DNA of 64,000 bases from Camelus ferus (GCF_009834535.1 NC_045696.1:8558001-8622000), one strand, 5' to 3'; shown: positions 12,583-24,449, counted from the first letter of the stretch. Translations and numbers: made by a program. The notes: generated by a model not told the origin, from the sequence alone.

Positions 12583-14110
12583 ATCTGCACTGCAGGTGTT
12601 TTTCAAAGATTTATTTCTTAAGCACACAACCTGCACAGTGAGTCTGCTGGAATTTTACATAGCAAAGGAAACAGATGCCCGTATGGTTTATGCTTCCCTC
12701 TCATTACACTGTTTTATCTGCCATGGCATGTGTGTTTCCACGTAGAATGCAGATAACGCTTCACATTTCTCTGACTTCCTACATTCATTGATGTGTTTGA
12801 TGAGTTTAGAGGGTCCTAACATGTTGACAAGTGACACGACTTCAATAGATGGATAGGTTATGATATACAAACAGTGTCTGCCAATGCACCCACTGTGAAG
12901 TTCCTCTGTGAGAAACAGGGTCATGTGCAACTCGTCCTGGAGACAGGAATATTTCTACACCACATTCCCTTCCCATCTGGTTTTATCCATCACATCCCTC
13001 CAGGCAAAAGAAAAATGTCTTGTGTGATCAGAAAACCCAGTGAGTTTGGGACTCCCAGAACAGGCACCATCAATGCTGGCTGGCCTCAGAAGTCATAGGT
13101 AATGTGTGATATTTCAAAGGGAAAAAACAATCACAATAAAAATGACCCAGCAAATGGTGAATTGTACCAAAATGTAATTTCGGGTACTTGTGATTCACCC
13201 ATAGTATCCTGTTTTTGGAATGACATTATAAATTTCTCAGAGGCTAATGGATGATTAAGAATGGACTTGCTGTGTTTTGTTTTATTATAGATAACAGGCA
13301 ACATAAATATGATTGTAGTGGAGGCTAATGGACTGAGTCCCTTCCAAGGATTAATATGATTGTTGCATTTTGGATTGTCTTTAGACAACTGAAATTCCAC
13401 GTGCCACTTCTAAAGGATGAACTCTTCGCTTACAACAAAATTTTATTTTGGAGAAAATATTGGCAATCAGGTGAATCCTGGGGAGCTCTGTCCGGAACAT
13501 CACACAGCACACACGCAAGCCGGGGTTCCCTCCCCACTCTGCCTACAAGTGCACTGTTACCCAAATCAACGATTAATGGTTGAAGGAGTCTGAAAAATGG
13601 ATATCCCTTTGACCTTTCTAAGGTTTGTCTTTGAGTTGACATACCCATTACCTCAAAAATCAAATGTGTTTGTCTAAACATTATTCTGATGTTTACTTTG
13701 GGCACTAAAGGGCAGACAGCTGACCACGGACCCGCTGACAGTGATCAATTCAGCCTCGGATCTTGTCACTTTCCCTGTTTATTCTGCTATCCATCTCCCC
13801 TCTGCCTGCCACCACGGCCACTTTCTGCTGCTCAGGCGCTTTTAAAACTAACAATAATCCAATTTAGAATTGATCAATGAAAACGTGTGGTCAGTAAGCA
13901 AAATGACAAAGTCTGCATGTAACCGCTGACCACAGTCAGGGGTTTATTTTATACGGATGGGGCTGAAGGCAACTTTTAATTAATTAATTAAATGTTAACA
14001 GTGTTCAAGCCTCTCCCTTGTTTTTAATTTTTTTAAGTCAGATCTTCTAAGTTTTACTGTCATAGAAATGGGGAAATAGGCCTGTTTACTCCTGCTAGAA
14101 CCAGTATCTT

Positions 14111-14323
14111 CTGGAACAGCAGTCTTGTAGGACTTTCTGTGATGATGGCAGTGATCCAGACCTGTGAAGTCCAAGGCGATAGCCACCAGCCACCTGTGGC
14201 TGAACTTGAACTATGGCTTATGCAACAGAGGAACCATATTTTAAATTTTATTTAATTTTAATGCATTTAAAGTTAAATGGCTTTATGTGGCTAGTGGCTG
14301 CAATATTGGACAATGCAATTCTA
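14111..14323. mobile_element. MER3-like hAT-Charlie MITE
   Basis: actttctgtgatgatgg...tagccaccagccacctgtggct...attttatttaattttaat...tgtggctagtggctgcaatattggacaatgca. Confidence 0.85.
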
Positions 14324-15499
14324 GCATGTTGAGATTTTGGTGACGAGATGAGGTCTGCTGATGTGGTTTAGAATGTGTTACTGCCTAGACACTGTGTATC
14401 AGGAGGTCGTAGTCTCCAGACTGATCCATCAGGGCTACAAGCCAGGCAAGAGAAGTTCAGGGAGATATTCAAGCCTTCCTCATGTCCTAAAGGCCCGTGG
14501 CTTGTTCCACCAGCCCTCTCTTCCTGGTCCCTGGGAGTGGGGCTCCTTGACTGGCCGAGAGGACCTGGATGTTGGTCTGCAGGGCTGGCTTCTTCTCAGC
14601 AGAGTTCCAACAGGGGAGGCGGCAGGACTGATGCAAGAAGGTTACTTTTCCTAAAAGCCCCCCGAGGCAAGGCCCATTCTTGGCTGCATCTCAGGTCTGG
14701 TATCCAAGACAGAAGGCTGTATCTGGTTCCCAGTGCCAAATGGCTCCTGGGTTCTGGACGTGACCAAGCCCCACACTGGGTCCCTGGTTTCTGGCTCCCA
14801 GATTGGCTGAGCTCTTGGACTCTGCATCCATACCTTCCTTCCCTCAACCTCAAACTCTGATTTTGCCAAATCCAATAGTGGGGAGTCATTGGATGAATTT
14901 CTTAAAACAATTTGAAAGGTCATTTCTTAAAATGACTTACAACTGTTACCTTCAATGAACAAACAGTTTAAAAACTAATTGCTAGTAAGATTAGAACTAC
15001 ATATACTATTTGGTGATCTTTTTCAAAATGTGAAATCAATTTAGCTTCTATCTCTAGATAGATATATGTCAAAAGTTAGATTAGAATTAAAAAAAACCAC
15101 ACGTCACTTATTTGAATTTCAGTTTATGAGGGAAGTTATGAGCAAGTAGAAACACTTAATGAGGGTTATGGTATAATTGATGGAGATTTAAAATGCTGTA
15201 CCAGATAACTTTTGTCTCAGAAGGAAAGTGGCCTGGGTATTCTCTTGAGGGAAATTCTAAATCTATAATTCTTGTGTTATTTACATACCACCAGCAACGA
15301 AAAGGTAAAAACAAAAGCCAGTTCTTATTTAAAAGAATGGAAAAAATGTATTTCCTGAAAATCTTAAGTAGGAAAATAAGTTTAATTTGGGACATTAAAA
15401 AAATTGGTTTTTAATGAAGCTTATGTGACACACTGTAAGAGTTTGCCAGTTACAACGAAAGAATATCTTATAATAAGAAGGTCTTTGAATTAAAACAAA

Positions 15500-16322
15500 C
15501 ACCTGTCTATCATCTCATCCATGGGTTCACTATCCAGACACTATTAATTTTTTTTTTTTTGTATTTTAATTCTAGTCTTTATTCTGTTTGTTTTCACTCT
15601 AAATGGAAAGGTCATGTATATACTATTTCTATCCTACTTTTTTTTCATTTAACATTATTATGTGTATATTTTCCATATATCGCATATTCTTGAGAAATAC
15701 ACTTTGAAAAGGTTACATTATAATGATGAAATGAGTGCACGTTATTTGTGTAACTATTATGCTTGTATCCAGTATTTGGATTATTTCTGATTTTTTTCTT
15801 TTGCTATTCTAAGGAGTGCTTCTCAATATTTAGAATTATTTTCTTAGGCTCCATTCTCAAAAGTGGACTTACTGAGTTAGAGAATATAAATATTACAAGG
15901 CTCTTTGCCAAATTGCTTTCCAAAGGGCTTTTACCAAAATACTGGCAATATTCGAGAGTACCCTTTTCACAGCCCCTCATCAGCAGTGGATATTATTATT
16001 TAAAAAAAAAAAATCTTTGCTAATTTGATAGGGGTCAAAGGTTACTTCATTGTTATTTTAATGCACCATTCCTTGATTACTAGTGAAGGAAAGCATTTTC
16101 CACACATTTGTTGATTAGTTATATTTCCTTTGTGGAAATTGCTCATTCACATTCTCTGTCAGTTCACCCATTGGAGCTTCAGCACTTAAAATTCGATTTG
16201 ATCGACCTTTTTATATATAAAGATACCGGTACTTTGTCTGTATAGCAACTATTTTTCCTCACATATGATGTTTGCCTTTAACTTTATTCTATTTATTTAT
16301 TTTGATGAGCAGAAGCTTCAGC
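15500..16322 (-). mobile_element. Ancient L1 (L1ME-like) fragment
   Basis: ttgccaaattgctttccaaa, ttgctaatttgatagg, tccttgattactagtgaagg...cattttccacacatttgttg are reverse L1 ORF2-end/3'UTR motifs. Confidence 0.8.
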
Positions 16323-16364
16323 TTTAAACTTGGTAACTGCAGATCCCACCTCAGACTGTGCAAA

Positions 16365-16855
16365 TCACGGTCTCTGTGTCGGGAGCTGGGATCAGTTGGG
16401 AGCGGTAGATGGGGCTGTAACACACAAAGGCAACTTCCCGTACACACAGGGCTTTAGGGGGCAGCAAGCGGGCCCGAACTAACAGAGGACGCCTTGTCCC
16501 CAGGGTCCCCACCCTGGTAGGCTGCAGGCTTACTGCTGGGAGCCCTGGAGGGGAGCGGGATTGGCGGAGGCACGGGGCGCGGGGCGGGCACTTGCTGAGC
16601 GCCTCTGTACGCCAGGCACTGTGCTGGGCTCTGCGTATGTTCTCTCTTTTAATTGCTTTAAGACTCATGAGTGACGTGTCATTATCCCAGTTTTCCACAC
16701 AAGGATCCCAAGGTTCGCGTGGTTGGGAAGCTTTCCCAGGATCACAGAGCGGGGGCCGTGGCAGAACAGGGAGCTGATTCCTCCTCTAGTGTTGTTTCTG
16801 AGCGGCCTCGCACGACTGAGGCATGGCTAGAGGTCAATGCGCAACACGGTGGAAG
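16365..16855. promoter_or_regulatory. Small CpG cluster with CCAAT and GC boxes (promoter/enhancer-like)
   Basis: About 25 CpG in ~490 bp by hand count, against a CpG-depleted background. ATTGG 16560-16564 (gCCAATC on minus); GGGGCGGG 16581-16588. Confidence 0.55.
16588..16790 (-). mobile_element. MIR SINE (CpG-rich)
   Basis: cacttgctgagcgcctctgtacgccaggcactgtgctggg...attatcccagtttt...ctttcccaggatcacagagc...gtggcagaacaggga follows the reverse MIR consensus. Confidence 0.75.
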
Positions 16856-17324
16856 AAATGCCCAGCTCCAGGGGCTTTACTAAGAGCTTTGGTGTTGGAG
16901 CTGAGTTTGTTTACCAGGTGGGGATGGGAAAGGGGAGGGGTCCACATCCAGGAAGCCTACAACCAACCAGTGCACAGGCTCAGACAGGTGAAGCGGTAGA
17001 GGCTTTTTCAGGGGAAACCAAGCAAGCTGGCGAGGCTCAGGCATGGACTGATGTGGGGAGAGAGACGAGAAAAATCTGTTCTATGAATTGTTAATAACAG
17101 TGTGTTAAGTCTCTAACTGACCTCACTTTGAAGAAACCCTCTATATTGGAAACTTTTGAGTGCTACCACTTGTTCTAATAAAATTTTGGGTAGAAATACT
17201 ACATTTTGACATTTGAGCTGGTCAGTGAAGTTTGTCCACACTACTTACTATGTAGGACTCTCCTCGCTGGTGTAGACATGAGACTGAGTGACATCAGAAT
17301 GAGTCCTTTATACACTTAGAGACC

Positions 17325-17436
17325 TGTGATTTGAAATACTGCAGCCCATTGTCTCCATAAGGGATCTTGGAATCACACCCATCACACGTTGGGTTTTGGT
17401 TTTTGATTTGGATAATCTGGACCCTGTAATGATCCA
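17325..17436. repeat. Left arm of ~110-bp inverted repeat, flanked by an 11-bp direct repeat
   Basis: Reverse complement of 18695-18800 at ~76% identity (hand alignment). cacttagagac at 17313-17323 and 17439-17449. Confidence 0.9.
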
Positions 17437-17731
17437 TGCACTTAGAGACTTGTTCCTTTTAACTGTTTTAGGATAGATTAGGGGAAACTGAAACAATGAT
17501 TACCTTGAGAGATGTTCTATTTAATTGCCATTTTTATTATTAGCCAGTTTCAATAATTAGCCAGATGTGGATGAAAGTCCTAGAAAAGGGAAAGTTTGTG
17601 TATATTAATATAAGTGAATTCTGTATTTCTTAGAATAAGTATTTTATTTTCTCCAGGAAAAATATGAGGAAATCTTAAACTCTCTCTGGTTCCAACCAAC
17701 TTTGCTATTTAGAGACTCTACAGTCATTTTA

Positions 17732-18022
17732 TTTATTATTTTATTATTTTTAATTTTTTTATTGAAGCATAGTCAGTTTACAATGTTGTGTCAATTTCTT
17801 ATGCATAATGTTTCAGTCATTCATATGCATACATATATTCCTTTTCATATTCATTTCCATTATAGGTTACTACGAGATACTGAATATAGTTCCCTGTGCT
17901 GTACAGTAGAAACTTGTTGTTTATCTGTTTTATATATAGTAGCTAGTATCTGCAAATCTTGAATGCCTAATTTATCCCTTCCCACCCCTTTCCCCGCTGG
18001 TAACTGTAAGTTTGTTTTCTGT
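17732..18022 (-). mobile_element. L1 3'UTR fragment with TSD
   Basis: T-rich tail followed by an L1 3'UTR. TSD ctctacagtcatttta (17716-17731) / ctctacatcatttta (18023-18037). Confidence 0.92.
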
Positions 18023-18694
18023 CTCTACATCATTTTAAAATCCACACATCTACACAAATCTTTACATACACACTCACATCTCACTCAGTGGACGTCAGTT
18101 TCTTGTTAAGATAATAACCTCTGAGCTGGACGGTCTCCCCTGTGGCCTGGTCAATACATTTATAGAATGTAATTAAACCATATCACTTCCATGACAGGAA
18201 ATTGATGACCTTTTAATTATTTCAAGAGAGCTGAATATGTAATCATTTTCTCCTTTAACTGGGAGAGAACAGTATATTTGGAACAGATTGAAAGCAGAAT
18301 ACAAACTCTTACTTGTCTTGTTCACATGCTGTGCTTTGGGGCTCTCTTTCCACAAGACATCATTTTGGAGCACTTTTCACAGGATTTAGGAAAACAATTT
18401 AGCAAAGCTGGTGTTAAAAATTGGAGATTACTATTTAGTGAACAGTGTTTAAAAGGTTCTTGAGGAATGATTGGAATTAGGAAAGATCTACCAGTTTATC
18501 CTGAACTTTCACATGATGTAAAGGTTCACAATAAATTTTTAGATTATCTGGTGGGAAATACTTTTTTTTTTTTTTTAAATAGTAGGCTGAGATCTTCATA
18601 TGAAATCAGATTTGGAGAACAGGACTGATTGCCATGGGGAAGACCGAGTTCCCACACACCTTTATTGTGTTTCCTGTTAGGTGCCAGGGCATGC

Positions 18695-18800
18695 TGGATC
18701 ATCACAGGGTATATATTATCCAAATCAAAAACCAAAACCCAATGTGGGATAGACATGACTGTTCTTGTGGGGATACTGGACTGTGATATTTCAAATCACA
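18695..18800. repeat. Right arm of ~110-bp inverted repeat
   Basis: attatccaaatcaaaaaccaaaacccaa (18715-18742) is the exact reverse complement of 17389-17416. Confidence 0.9.
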
Positions 18801-19390
18801 ATTATTTCACACACTGGGATGACATAGCTTTTATATGTCTAGTATGGCAGACTATCTCTGTTTAAAAAGTATATATTTTATAATTCCCTTGAACAAGAAA
18901 ATTCTCAATGTCTACACTATGTGTACAGTGATTAAAAAAAATTATCCAAATGGGAGCATTGTCTTTACAATGTGGTACAATAAAACTGGTTTGTCTCTTC
19001 ACATAGGCCAGAAATATAGAAAACACCTTTCTTTTACCATCTTCCATTAAGAGAAAAGAGAATTTGTGTCACTGCTTGAAAAATTAACCACTTAATCTTC
19101 GACTGAAATTCCAGTCAGTAAAATTAATGGGGAGTGCGACAATTTCACTAGAAACACCCCCATGGTGAGTGTTTTTGATTTATAGCTGGACGTATTAAAT
19201 GTGTAAGTTATGCTTAGAAGCAGCTCTTTACTCGATATATTTTATAAGTAAATTAGTATAGTGACTTGCATGTGTTATATTTAAAATTTTCCTTTGCTTT
19301 AAAAATGTTGCAAGCATGGGCTGAAACATTTCTTCAATCAGGGCTTTTCTTCAGAAAACAACTTGGAATCTTACAGATCTTTTCCCTTAA

Positions 19391-19497
19391 TTTTATTATT
19401 TGTATTGATTTATTTTTTGATGGAGGTACTGGGGATTGAACCCAGGACGTTGTGCATGCTGAGCACACACTCTATCACTGAGCTGTACCTTCTCCCC
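19391..19497 (-). mobile_element. tRNA-Ala-derived SINE, Vic-1-like (camelid)
   Basis: Minus strand reads ggggagaaggtacagctcagtgatagagtgtgtgctcagcatgcacaacgtcctgggttcaatccccagtacctcca plus an A-rich tail. A box and B box (ggttcaatccc) are present. Confidence 0.88.
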
Positions 19498-19829
19498 ACT
19501 TTTCTGAAGAGAACATTAAGAACAGTGTCAAGGTGCTGTGACACAACTCCCTGATTGTTATTAGGATGACTGTGTTAGGCGGATAAGCCCTTTGTCCCAG
19601 AAAAAAATAGGGGCAGGTTGCTATTAAGCTTCTGATAAGCTGGGAGGTGACAGACAGAGCTGTAACTAGACAGCAAAGCCCGCTTCTGCTTTAAACTCAC
19701 AATCAGAACACAAGGTCCTTGAGGGCAGATCAGGTTTTTTTTAAAAAAATTACTATTAAAGTAATAATGACCAGCACTTGGTACATATATAGGAGGCCCT
19801 TGATTAAAATAAGCTTTTACTTTGTTAAG

Positions 19830-20062
19830 AAACCTTTCTTGGAAGCTTGACACTTTGCTGGGGCGTGGGGATTCAAAATTGACAAAAAGGGGACTTTTTA
19901 TGAAGCCAGAAGTTGAGTGGAGGAGACACGTACTGGCTAAAGAAGTATGCGTCAGAATAGAGAGTTAGTTATACACTGGAAAATGGGAGGAAATGACTCA
20001 TCGTGCTTCAGAGGAAAAGGCAAGTGTTCCCATGGAGGTGGCATTTGAGTTGGGTCTTGAAT
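19830..20062 (-). mobile_element. L2 relic
   Basis: ttcccatggaggtggcatttgagttgggtcttgaa and a preceding L2-like 3' sequence. Confidence 0.55.
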
Positions 20063-20922
20063 TCTTGCATAGAGATTTATAAATAAATAGCAAAAGCAGT
20101 TGAGGTTTATCCACATTTTTTCTGGCCTCTTCCCTTGAATGAGTTTGTTTCATGAACCAGGGACATTGATGCCAGTGAGTCGTTCCTGTGTAATTCTAGT
20201 CACCCACGTTTAACAGATGGCAGACTCCTTTTTTTTTTTTTTTTTTCATGAAAATAGCCATGTTCAATAGTTTACATTTCACTGGCATTAAAATATTAGT
20301 AACAGTGAAATAAGCAGAGAGGTCTTCTTGGAACTGTCCATTGTTCATAGCTGCACAGTGGTCAGTGCAGGGTAACGTTAAAAAAAACGTGAATGGGTCA
20401 GAACAGTGGTTAAAATGGATTGAAACATCATTTTATTCTGAGCTGTAAATTTCTTGATTAAAAAAAATATTTTAAGTGACCTAATTTCCTATGTATATAT
20501 ATCAAATGACACCTGAATCATGTTATAGCCTTAACCTTTTTCCATTTCCTGTTGTAAAACTGCCTGAATTTGACATCTCTTTAAGTGGAGTTAAAATTGT
20601 TTTCGCTTGTGATGTCAGAACTCAGACCATGCTCAAATGGATGCCTAGTGATATGTATTTTAATTACCTCATTTTCTAAGATGTCGTCTTTTATGTTGAA
20701 GAATAGAATTGTGCTTTGAGTCTCCCTAGAATTACAAATAGTCACTCATTATGATATTCCCTGACGATTATTTGAAACCCATGGTCTAGCTGACTGAATA
20801 CAAAAGGGGCAAGTTCATTGCAAGCCTTCAGCCAGATACAGCCTCAGCCCAAGGGCCGGAGTGGTAAAGAGTGTGGCTGGTGTTTGTGATCTAACCTGTC
20901 TGACTCTCCCACTGGGGGCTCA

Positions 20923-20937
20923 AGGCCCCCTACTGGC
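20923..20937 (-). promoter_or_regulatory. CTCF-like motif (reverse orientation)
   Basis: Minus strand GCCAGTAGGGGGCCT matches the first 12 positions of the CCASYAGRKGGCRS core. Confidence 0.5.
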
Positions 20938-21639
20938 TTGGTTCCCCAGGAACCCCTAAATGATGTTGGCTCTCTGGGGTATGGTCTCCTCACTGTTTTC
21001 TCAAACACCTGCCATGGCCCATGTTGAGTATGTCCTTGTGTCCATTTCCTATTTCTCCACGCAATGAGAATGAGCCACTATTGAGCTCCCAGCACTGCCC
21101 TAGGCTTGAAGGCGAATTAATAAAATGTCCGCACTTAGGCTAACAGATGGCTTACCTTTAAGCTTGCCCCTGAAACGGCCAGCTAACCTGACTCACCGGT
21201 TGCTACTCACAGCTCCAGGCCCACTGTGAAAACTAAAGCTATTAATTTTACTGTTTCTGCTTTATTCCAGTAATCAAAAGTAATAATCATGCTTGGTTTC
21301 TGAGTCGTTCTCCAGGGAGAAGGTCACGGAACTGTAACCCTACAAAATAGGCTAAATTGTCAGAAAAAACCCACGCCACAGGCGTTTGTGAGATGAAGAG
21401 ATTGAGAAAGTGACCACTGCCAGCCTCTACAGAATTGGTCGCCTGGACCAATGCCACGGCACTCTCAGGGGTGAGCTGTTTAGTGTCTCTGGGAATAAAC
21501 TAGCCTTAGGAGGGGCAACCCTCCAGGATTAGCCAGGCCTTCTAATGTCAAAACATCAGAAAATAAGAGGCATGGTTCATACAGTACAAAAAGTATCCCA
21601 GAGAATTGAAAAAGTTTATGAAATTAGCACAGACTCGAC

Positions 21640-21722
21640 TAAACCTGACATGAATGAGAAAAAAAAAATTACAATGCAAATGTATTCATGAACTTAGATG
21701 CTAAAATCATAAAAACATATCA
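21640..21722 (+). mobile_element. Small ancient L1 ORF2 piece
   Basis: aaacctgaca...attaca...ttcatgaacttagatgctaaaatc resembles the KPD...NY...MNIDAKI region. Confidence 0.55.
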
Positions 21723-21774
21723 TTTGTAAATTTTATGGAAGTTTTGTTTCTTTCATAACAATCCTTACACATTT

Positions 21775-22555
21775 AGTTTATGTTTCCTTGCATGCACTGA
21801 AACGTCCACTAGAATGTTGATAGAAATAATTACATGCATCTAAATCTTGTTCCTGACGCCTAAGGAGAGCTTTCGATGTTTCATTATAACGTATGATATT
21901 TACTATGGATAGTTTTTATAGGTTATGGAAGTCCCTTCATATTTCTAGTTTTCTAAAAGTTTTTTTTTTTTTAAACATGAACGAACATTGAAATTTAATC
22001 ATTTTCCTGCATCTATTGGAAGGATCATATGATGATTTCATATTTAATCTGTTAATGCAGTTAATGACATGAATTGATCTTCTAATCTTAACCCAACTTT
22101 GCCTTCCTAGGATAACCCCAAATTTATCATAATGTATTTTCCTTTTCTATGCAGTTTGCAAATAGTTTGTTCAGGATTTTGTACCTGATAAGCGAGTTTG
22201 GTCTATAATTTCTTCACCCTGTAATGCCCTTGGAGATTTTAATATCATGGCTAGGCTGGACTTGTTCTCTTCTCTGAAAGATTTTGTGTATAATGGATGT
22301 TAATTCTTCTTTATGTATGAAAGAGCTCACAGGTGAAGCCGTCTGGACCTAGAATTTCATTTGTGGAAAGGCTTTTATCTTCAGATTTAACTTCTAAGAT
22401 AAATATTGAGCTATTCATATTTCTCTTTCTTCCTGTGTCAGCTTTGGTAAGGTGTGATTGTCAAGGAATGTGTGCACTTCATATAAATTGTCAGGTTTAT
22501 TGTCATAAAGTTTCTCAAAATATCTTTTTACCATATTTTTTATTGTCTATTTCCT
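21775..22555 (-). mobile_element. Ancient L1M ORF2 fragment
   Basis: tcttgttcctgac, tttcctgcatctattggaaggatcatatga, gtgaagccgtctggacctaga parallel the reverse ORF2 seen at 50400-51500. Confidence 0.8.
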
Positions 22556-23899
22556 GAAGGATGAGATGGATGTTCTAGATAAACCACGTGCAAAGTCCTG
22601 TTGGTGAAGGAAGTACAGCATTTGGGGAGCACAAATCTGTTATGTAAATCTAAACACAGTGCCAAAGTGGATTTTATGAGATATTTTTGAGAAGTAGAAA
22701 AGAATAACAACAACAAAATTCATGGTCCTTGCCTGCAAAGAATTTATAGTCAATATACATCGGGACAAGGCTTGTATACATTTGCATTTCAAGAGGGCAA
22801 ATATGAGATTGCATGTCTGCCAACTGCAGTACAGTGGATTTCAGAAGGCACGTAAGAGTGCCAAAGGAGATGCCAAATAAGGGGGAAGGGAGTTAATATT
22901 TTTAGGTTGTTCAGAATGTGAACATCTATGTTTTATGCATGTTTAGGTCAAATATATTTTTTGCAAAAAAATAAGCAATGTCTGCCTGTCTTAAGGGAAT
23001 TTGATTGTAATCCGTCCCTTTCAGAAGCCGTTCACACACGTGCGTGTTGCTCCCTGGTGTGTTTCTTTTGGCCAGTGGGCCCCTGGATCTCTTTTTATTT
23101 TTTTCAAAACATTTTTTCTTTCTCTTCAAAACACCAAGTTAATAGTTTTATAATGAAATAAAACCCAAAACAATTTTCACTTGCATCTTTGGCATGAATC
23201 AATTAAATTAGCCACAAATATTGGTGTTTTAGAGATGAAAAAGAATTACCCAGCAGTGCTGGGCTGAGGGGGCTAGTAATCTAATGAATAGCATACATTT
23301 CCCTAAGCTTGCCAACTAGAAGGAAATGATTTATTTTACAGAAATAAGTTAGCCTGAGTCTCCTGGGCCTTGAGTCTCATGTTTGGCTTTTACATGGAGG
23401 ATTAAAATTAAAAGTTTAAAATATTTATTTAACTTATGAATTTTTTTTTATGATTCTGAAAACCTAGGCACCACAGTCTTTAAAATACGGCCAGGTGTAA
23501 GAATATTTCTGAACTTTTCTTATCTTACGAAGCTAGACAGGTGTCCCCTTGCTGGTTTTCTGGAAGAGCAGTGTGTTTGGCAGAGATAAGCAAAGCAAAG
23601 ATGTCAAATAGAGTTTATGGAGAAGTTCTCTTTGTGAAATATACTCTGTTCTATAAGCAAGGCTGGCCCCAGACAGAAGTTACAAGGAGGTCAAGTCATT
23701 TTTGAGGGGCTCCTCATCATTGTCTTGTGTCCTGGGCACCATCATTAGTGGCCTTCCTTGGCCCTCAGAGCACTGAGATATAATAACCATGAACATGGAA
23801 TAAATAATCATTTAAGGATGTAAGCAAAGTAAAAACAATTTTATACAAATACTGGACAAATTTACTACTCATTAATAAGACCCTCACTAATATCACTCT

Positions 23900-24415
23900 T
23901 AATGAATATACCTGAGAAGAAAGTTGAACCCAGTAGAAAGGTGTGGAATCCTAGAGAGGTCTGTAGATGAGGCTGGAAGAGACACAGGCAGATCATTGAG
24001 GGACGTCCCATTTGGAATTTCAACTTGATCTTTATAACAATGGCTATTGGAAGCATTTAAGTACGGGAGAGACAGCTCCATTACCTGCTGAATAGTGGTT
24101 GAAAGGCAACAAGAGAGGAAGCAAAAAGGTAGGTTAAGAGGATGCAGAGGTTTTCTATGCAGGAAATGAGAACATCCCCCAGGCAGTGGGGATGGATTCT
24201 AGAGGTGTGGGAACAGAAAAGAAGCACTTACGGGTACGCCGGGGTGACTGGGTACGAGTGGTGAGGCTATGACGGTAGCTAAGGATGACTCAAGGCTTCC
24301 CCTTAAGTTGTCGGTGGTGCCATTGACTGGGTTGAAAAGAAGGGTGTTGGAAGCAGTCTGGTTTTGGATACACTGAACTGAGAGGCTTACAGAGCATCTA
24401 AGTGGGGATGGGCCT
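23900..24415 (-). mobile_element. L2 relic
   Basis: gatgaggctggaagagacacaggcagatcattgaggg, ctattggaagcatttaag, aaggatgactcaagg, ttttggatacactgaactgag. Confidence 0.65.
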
Positions 24416-24449
24416 CCTCAAAGCCCAATGACTTGGTGTTAGTGTATGT

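Noticed and set aside
13105..13118. 14-bp match (tgtgatatttcaaa) to the inverted-repeat arm
   Set aside because: The similarity does not extend upstream; likely chance in AT-rich DNA.
14375..14860. 161-aa ORF and overlapping ORFs on both strands
   Set aside because: Moderately GC-rich DNA with long frames on both strands and no recognisable protein; consistent with chance.
17325..18800. Whole segment as one DNA transposon with 110-bp TIRs
   Set aside because: There is no TSD outside the pair (flanks ...agagacc / attatttc...); the direct repeat brackets only the left arm.
18695..18803. H/ACA snoRNA reading of the inverted-repeat arm (ends ...ACAatt) and resemblance of GGATCATTAC...AAACCCAA to an 18S/ITS1 junction
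   Set aside because: I could not build a convincing two-hairpin fold, and the rDNA resemblance is only a few short words. An Rfam/BLAST search is needed before any claim.
19421..19497. tRNA-Ala gene
   Set aside because: Disrupted stems plus an A-rich tail indicate a SINE copy, not a functional tRNA.
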